A DNA stretch of 38,054 nt, taken from positions 1 to 38,054 of the forward strand of contig JACQFV010000184.1 of assembly GCA_016199865.1 (NCBI GenBank). The letters run 5' to 3'. The translations under genes were made by a program, and so were the position numbers. Numbering within the stretch: position 1 is the first letter of the stretch; every line of letters starts with the position of its first letter. Origin of the DNA: Candidatus Zixiibacteriota bacterium (lineage in GTDB: Bacteria; Zixibacteria; MSB-5A5; WJJR01). The notes beneath the pieces are model-generated. The model was not told the DNA's origin. It searched no databases and worked only from the letters and a program-made list of their open reading frames with translations. Below are positions 35,480-38,054 of the stretch, piece by piece.

Positions 35480-35668
35480 ATGTTTACCGAAGCCGACATC
35501 GAAACCATCTCCTCGTGCCTGCAGCCCATCGAAAAGGGTTTTGAGACCGATCATTACCGTCTGAAACTGGTCTCGGATCAGGACCGGCGGGTGCTGGTCG
35601 TGGAACTGTATCCCGAGACACGGCTGGGACGCAATCTCGGCTCCACTCTACGCCAACGTGACGCGTGA
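35480..35668 (+). CDS. Small hypothetical protein (possibly the 5' part of a frameshifted ~98-codon gene)
   Basis: 62-aa ORF with plausible composition. A protein-like continuation exists in the neighbouring frame up to the TAG at 35775-35777 (see finding). Confidence 0.35.
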   Translation: MFTEADIETISSCLQPIEKGFETDHYRLKLVSDQDRRVLVVELYPETRLGRNLGSTLRQRDA

Positions 35669-35816
35669 CCTCATCTCCGGCGATTTCACCAAATTGGGCG
35701 TCGAAGTCATGCTCTCCGGCGTGGCCCTCTCTCTGGCGGAGGGGCTGCTCAAAGAGGATGATGGGAGCAGGCAGTAGGCAGTGTCGTTACTCTTTGCGTA
35801 CCCTTCGCGGGCCACT

Positions 35817-38054
35817 TCACAATCTTCTCAGGCAGACAATCGGCTCATTGGCCAACATTCCCCGGATCGGGGCGATGTCGGGCAGTCCGAGCGCCTCAGC
35901 AACGGCACCGTCGATCTCGGCTCGCACAGAATCGGAATCCATCTCCGGCAGGGGTTTCAAGGGCTCCTTGCCGAGCCGGTCAAACATCTCCGCCATCCGT
36001 TTCAGTTTCGCCGGTCGCAGACTGCTCAAGTCCGGAATTGGCAGTGATTTCAAGACCGGCTTCTTGAAGTCGACCCAGGCGCCCCGAGTTTCCTCGCGGC
36101 TCGCCAGGAGTATGAGAAGTCCCAAAGTCGAATTCAGCCATAGGGCCAGTCCTTTGTCGAAAAGATCACTGCGTTTCACCGACGGGAAAGACAGCGGCCA
36201 CCAGACATTGGACAGCACTTCTTCCTCCAGCCGGACGCAGACGGCTCTCTGCGTTTTCAGCCATAGCCGCTCGGCGATGAGAATCTTGCCCGCAAGCGGC
36301 CACAATTGCTCCGTCTTTCTTAGCGGGCGGCCACTCTTGGCCCTGTGCCGCGAAGACAGATACGCGTTCGGTTCCTGGGCAATCGTCAGAACCGCTTTGG
36401 CGTCATGCCCCCAGAAAGCCGGATAGGCCGACTTTGAGGTGCCGGTGGTGAATCCGTCGTGAATGTCACGCCGGTCGGGGCCGAGTCTCGCCAGCGTCCC
36501 GAGGGTGGACAGCTTCAGGTTTGCTGCGACGCCGTGGCCGGGAAGCCAGAGTTCGCCCCGTGACAGGTGCAGGAAGGCGCGAGTCAGTTCGCTGTTGGCG
36601 AATGCCGCCGGAAGCATCCAGGAATGCCGGATCTTGAGGTGGCTCCACGGAACCGAGTTCGCTTCTCCGACTTTGGCCCGGCCAATCATGATGTTCAGAG
36701 CCCCCTGCCCGTCGGCCAGGTCGGGGGCGTCGCCCTGCGAGGCGCCGTTCGCGATCGCCAACGCCTCAAACGCCGTTGACGGATTTCGCCACAAATTCAC
36801 CGTGACAACGGACCGATCCTTGTGCTTGGAATCCCCGTCCAACTTCGTGGCCACAATCAAGACTTCGCTCAGACTTGTGCTCTCCGAGAAGTTCCATTTG
36901 AGGGGATCGTGGCTGACGATAACGTAGTCCAACTGATACTGTTTCTGAATGAGCTCACGGGTGGGCTGCCACGCCACGCCGGACAGCAGGGCTTTGGGAA
37001 GGACCAGCGCGATTCGTCCACCGGGGCGGATATACGGATCGGCCACGGCCACGAACACCGAGCCCAGGCCCGCGGTGATGCTGGCGGGCACATGTCGTCG
37101 GCCGATGAGTTTTTTCAGTTCGGTTTGCATGCCCTGTCGCTCGTCCGCGGGCAGCGAACCGAATAAGAGGTTTCCTCCCACGCTTCGCGTGAAGGGGGGA
37201 TTCATGACGCACAGGTCGAGTTTGGGGAGGGGCGCTGAGGCGTGCTTTTCAACGCCCTTGTCCTTGACCTGCTTCGCGCCGAATAGATCAAATGGCATCT
37301 CCACATTCTTGCCCTGGAGGAAATCGATACTGCCGAGCCGTTTTTCGGGCCCGCCCAGAGGGAGACTGAATAGATTGGTCTTCTTGAACGTTATGAGCGG
37401 AGCGCGCAGGGCCAGCGTCGACGCGGTCAGGTGCACCGCCGATGGCAGTACGTCATAGCCGAACAGCACCTGTTCCGTCAGAATGTTCTGAATCGCGTCG
37501 AACGAGACGGGCCGCGCTCGCGCCGCCGATTCGTGGATATAATTGTCGGTGATCGCGTCCGCCGCCGCCATGAGCAATGTCCCGGTGCCGCACGCAAGGT
37601 CGGCGACCCGCAAACCGCGGACGTGCTTCAGATCATGCCACTGCGAAAGGCGTCCATCCCGGGAGAGCGCCAGTTTGAGGAGCAGCGTGGCGGCCGGGAT
37701 GCTGGTGTAGTAAGTGCCGAGGTACTTGCGTTCCGCGAGCAGGCGGTGATAGACCCGTCCCATCAGATCGTGCCTCAACGCCGCCCGCATCCCGACGATT
37801 TTTTGGGCGGTCAGAGCCAACGATTGGAGAGCATCGGCAATGTACTTGTTGGAGCTGAGGTTGATGACGATTTTCGACGCAATGTCGAAAATTGCGAAGT
37901 AGTTGATTTCCTCGACGATGAACTCCCACTGGTGGGTGAAGGCCCCTTGCAGGTGCTCCTTCTTGAGTGTCGTCTGGAGGTCCTGCACGCGCCCATCGGC
38001 CTCGGAGAGGATTTCCTGAAAGATCATGGCATTGGCCAGCACCAGCCCGCTGAC
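35817..38054 (-). CDS. Large gamma-class N6-adenine DNA methyltransferase-like protein (frame open to the window edge)
   Basis: SAM-binding motif I ADLACGTGTLL (37581-37604). Catalytic motif IV NPPF (37191-37202), in the order I then IV. Upstream helical region with LMGRVYHRLL...GTYYTS. About 460 aa of unassigned sequence follows NPPF. Stop TGA at 35819-35817. The first in-window start is GTG 38042, but the frame stays open to 38054. Confidence 0.8.
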   Translation of the reverse strand, partial: VSGLVLANAMIFQEILSEADGRVQDLQTTLKKEHLQGAFTHQWEFIVEEINYFAIFDIASKIVINLSSNKYIADALQSLALTAQKIVGMRAALRHDLMGRVYHRLLAERKYLGTYYTSIPAATLLLKLALSRDGRLSQWHDLKHVRGLRVADLACGTGTLLMAAADAITDNYIHESAARARPVSFDAIQNILTEQVLFGYDVLPSAVHLTASTLALRAPLITFKKTNLFSLPLGGPEKRLGSIDFLQGKNVEMPFDLFGAKQVKDKGVEKHASAPLPKLDLCVMNPPFTRSVGGNLLFGSLPADERQGMQTELKKLIGRRHVPASITAGLGSVFVAVADPYIRPGGRIALVLPKALLSGVAWQPTRELIQKQYQLDYVIVSHDPLKWNFSESTSLSEVLIVATKLDGDSKHKDRSVVTVNLWRNPSTAFEALAIANGASQGDAPDLADGQGALNIMIGRAKVGEANSVPWSHLKIRHSWMLPAAFANSELTRAFLHLSRGELWLPGHGVAANLKLSTLGTLARLGPDRRDIHDGFTTGTSKSAYPAFWGHDAKAVLTIAQEPNAYLSSRHRAKSGRPLRKTEQLWPLAGKILIAERLWLKTQRAVCVRLEEEVLSNVWWPLSFPSVKRSDLFDKGLALWLNSTLGLLILLASREETRGAWVDFKKPVLKSLPIPDLSSLRPAKLKRMAEMFDRLGKEPLKPLPEMDSDSVRAEIDGAVAEALGLPDIAPIRGMLANEPIVCLRRL

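Noticed and set aside
35665-36426. 253-aa plus-strand ORF overlapping the 3' part of the methyltransferase gene
   Set aside because: Ser/Arg-rich junk-like composition. It is entirely antisense to an ORF with clear MTase motifs.

Overview
GC-rich bacterial chromosomal segment, densely coding and almost entirely on the + strand. I saw no rRNA, tRNA, CRISPR array or recognisable IS/transposase. Genes in order: 3' end of a TPR protein; gcvPB; a fused two-module ECF/ABC ATPase; pyrR-pyrB-pyrC behind a PyrR-type leader hairpin. A seven-gene envelope-glycan cluster follows, chained to pyrC by 4-nt start/stop overlaps: DegT-type aminotransferase, GT-C/TPR membrane transferase, ArnC/GtrB-like GT2 with a long Pro/Arg/Glu tail, GT4, Dpm1/Ppm1-like GT2, another GT2, and a WecA/MraY-family phosphotransferase. 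Then accA; a Trm112-like zinc ribbon; a PtsN-like EIIA; and mreC-mreD-mrdA and rodA. These are split by a minus-strand gene for a secreted Trp/Tyr/Gly-rich tandem-repeat protein from no family I recognise. Next come a comF-like gene; a xerC/D-like recombinase; a pseudo-receiver + GGDDF-variant GGDEF protein; a second GT-C/TPR protein (minus strand); ecfT-truA; transaldolase; purB; psd-pssA; purS-purQ; a DUF4321-like small membrane protein; tatA; and a small, possibly frameshifted ORF. A large gamma-class N6-adenine DNA methyltransferase-like gene runs off the 3' edge on the minus strand and looks compositionally lighter than its neighbours. Most of the window is ordinary housekeeping. The items worth a second look are: (1) the antisense secreted repeat protein inside the elongasome operon; (2) the ArnB/ArnT/ArnC-like polyprenyl-phosphate-sugar cluster fused to the pyr operon, with its two TMTC-like GT-C+TPR proteins; (3) the edge methyltransferase, a possible defence-island boundary; (4) the PyrR leader with duplicated GGCCGGG arms; (5) the pseudo-receiver GGDDF protein. 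All family calls come from reading motifs by eye; no database search was possible.
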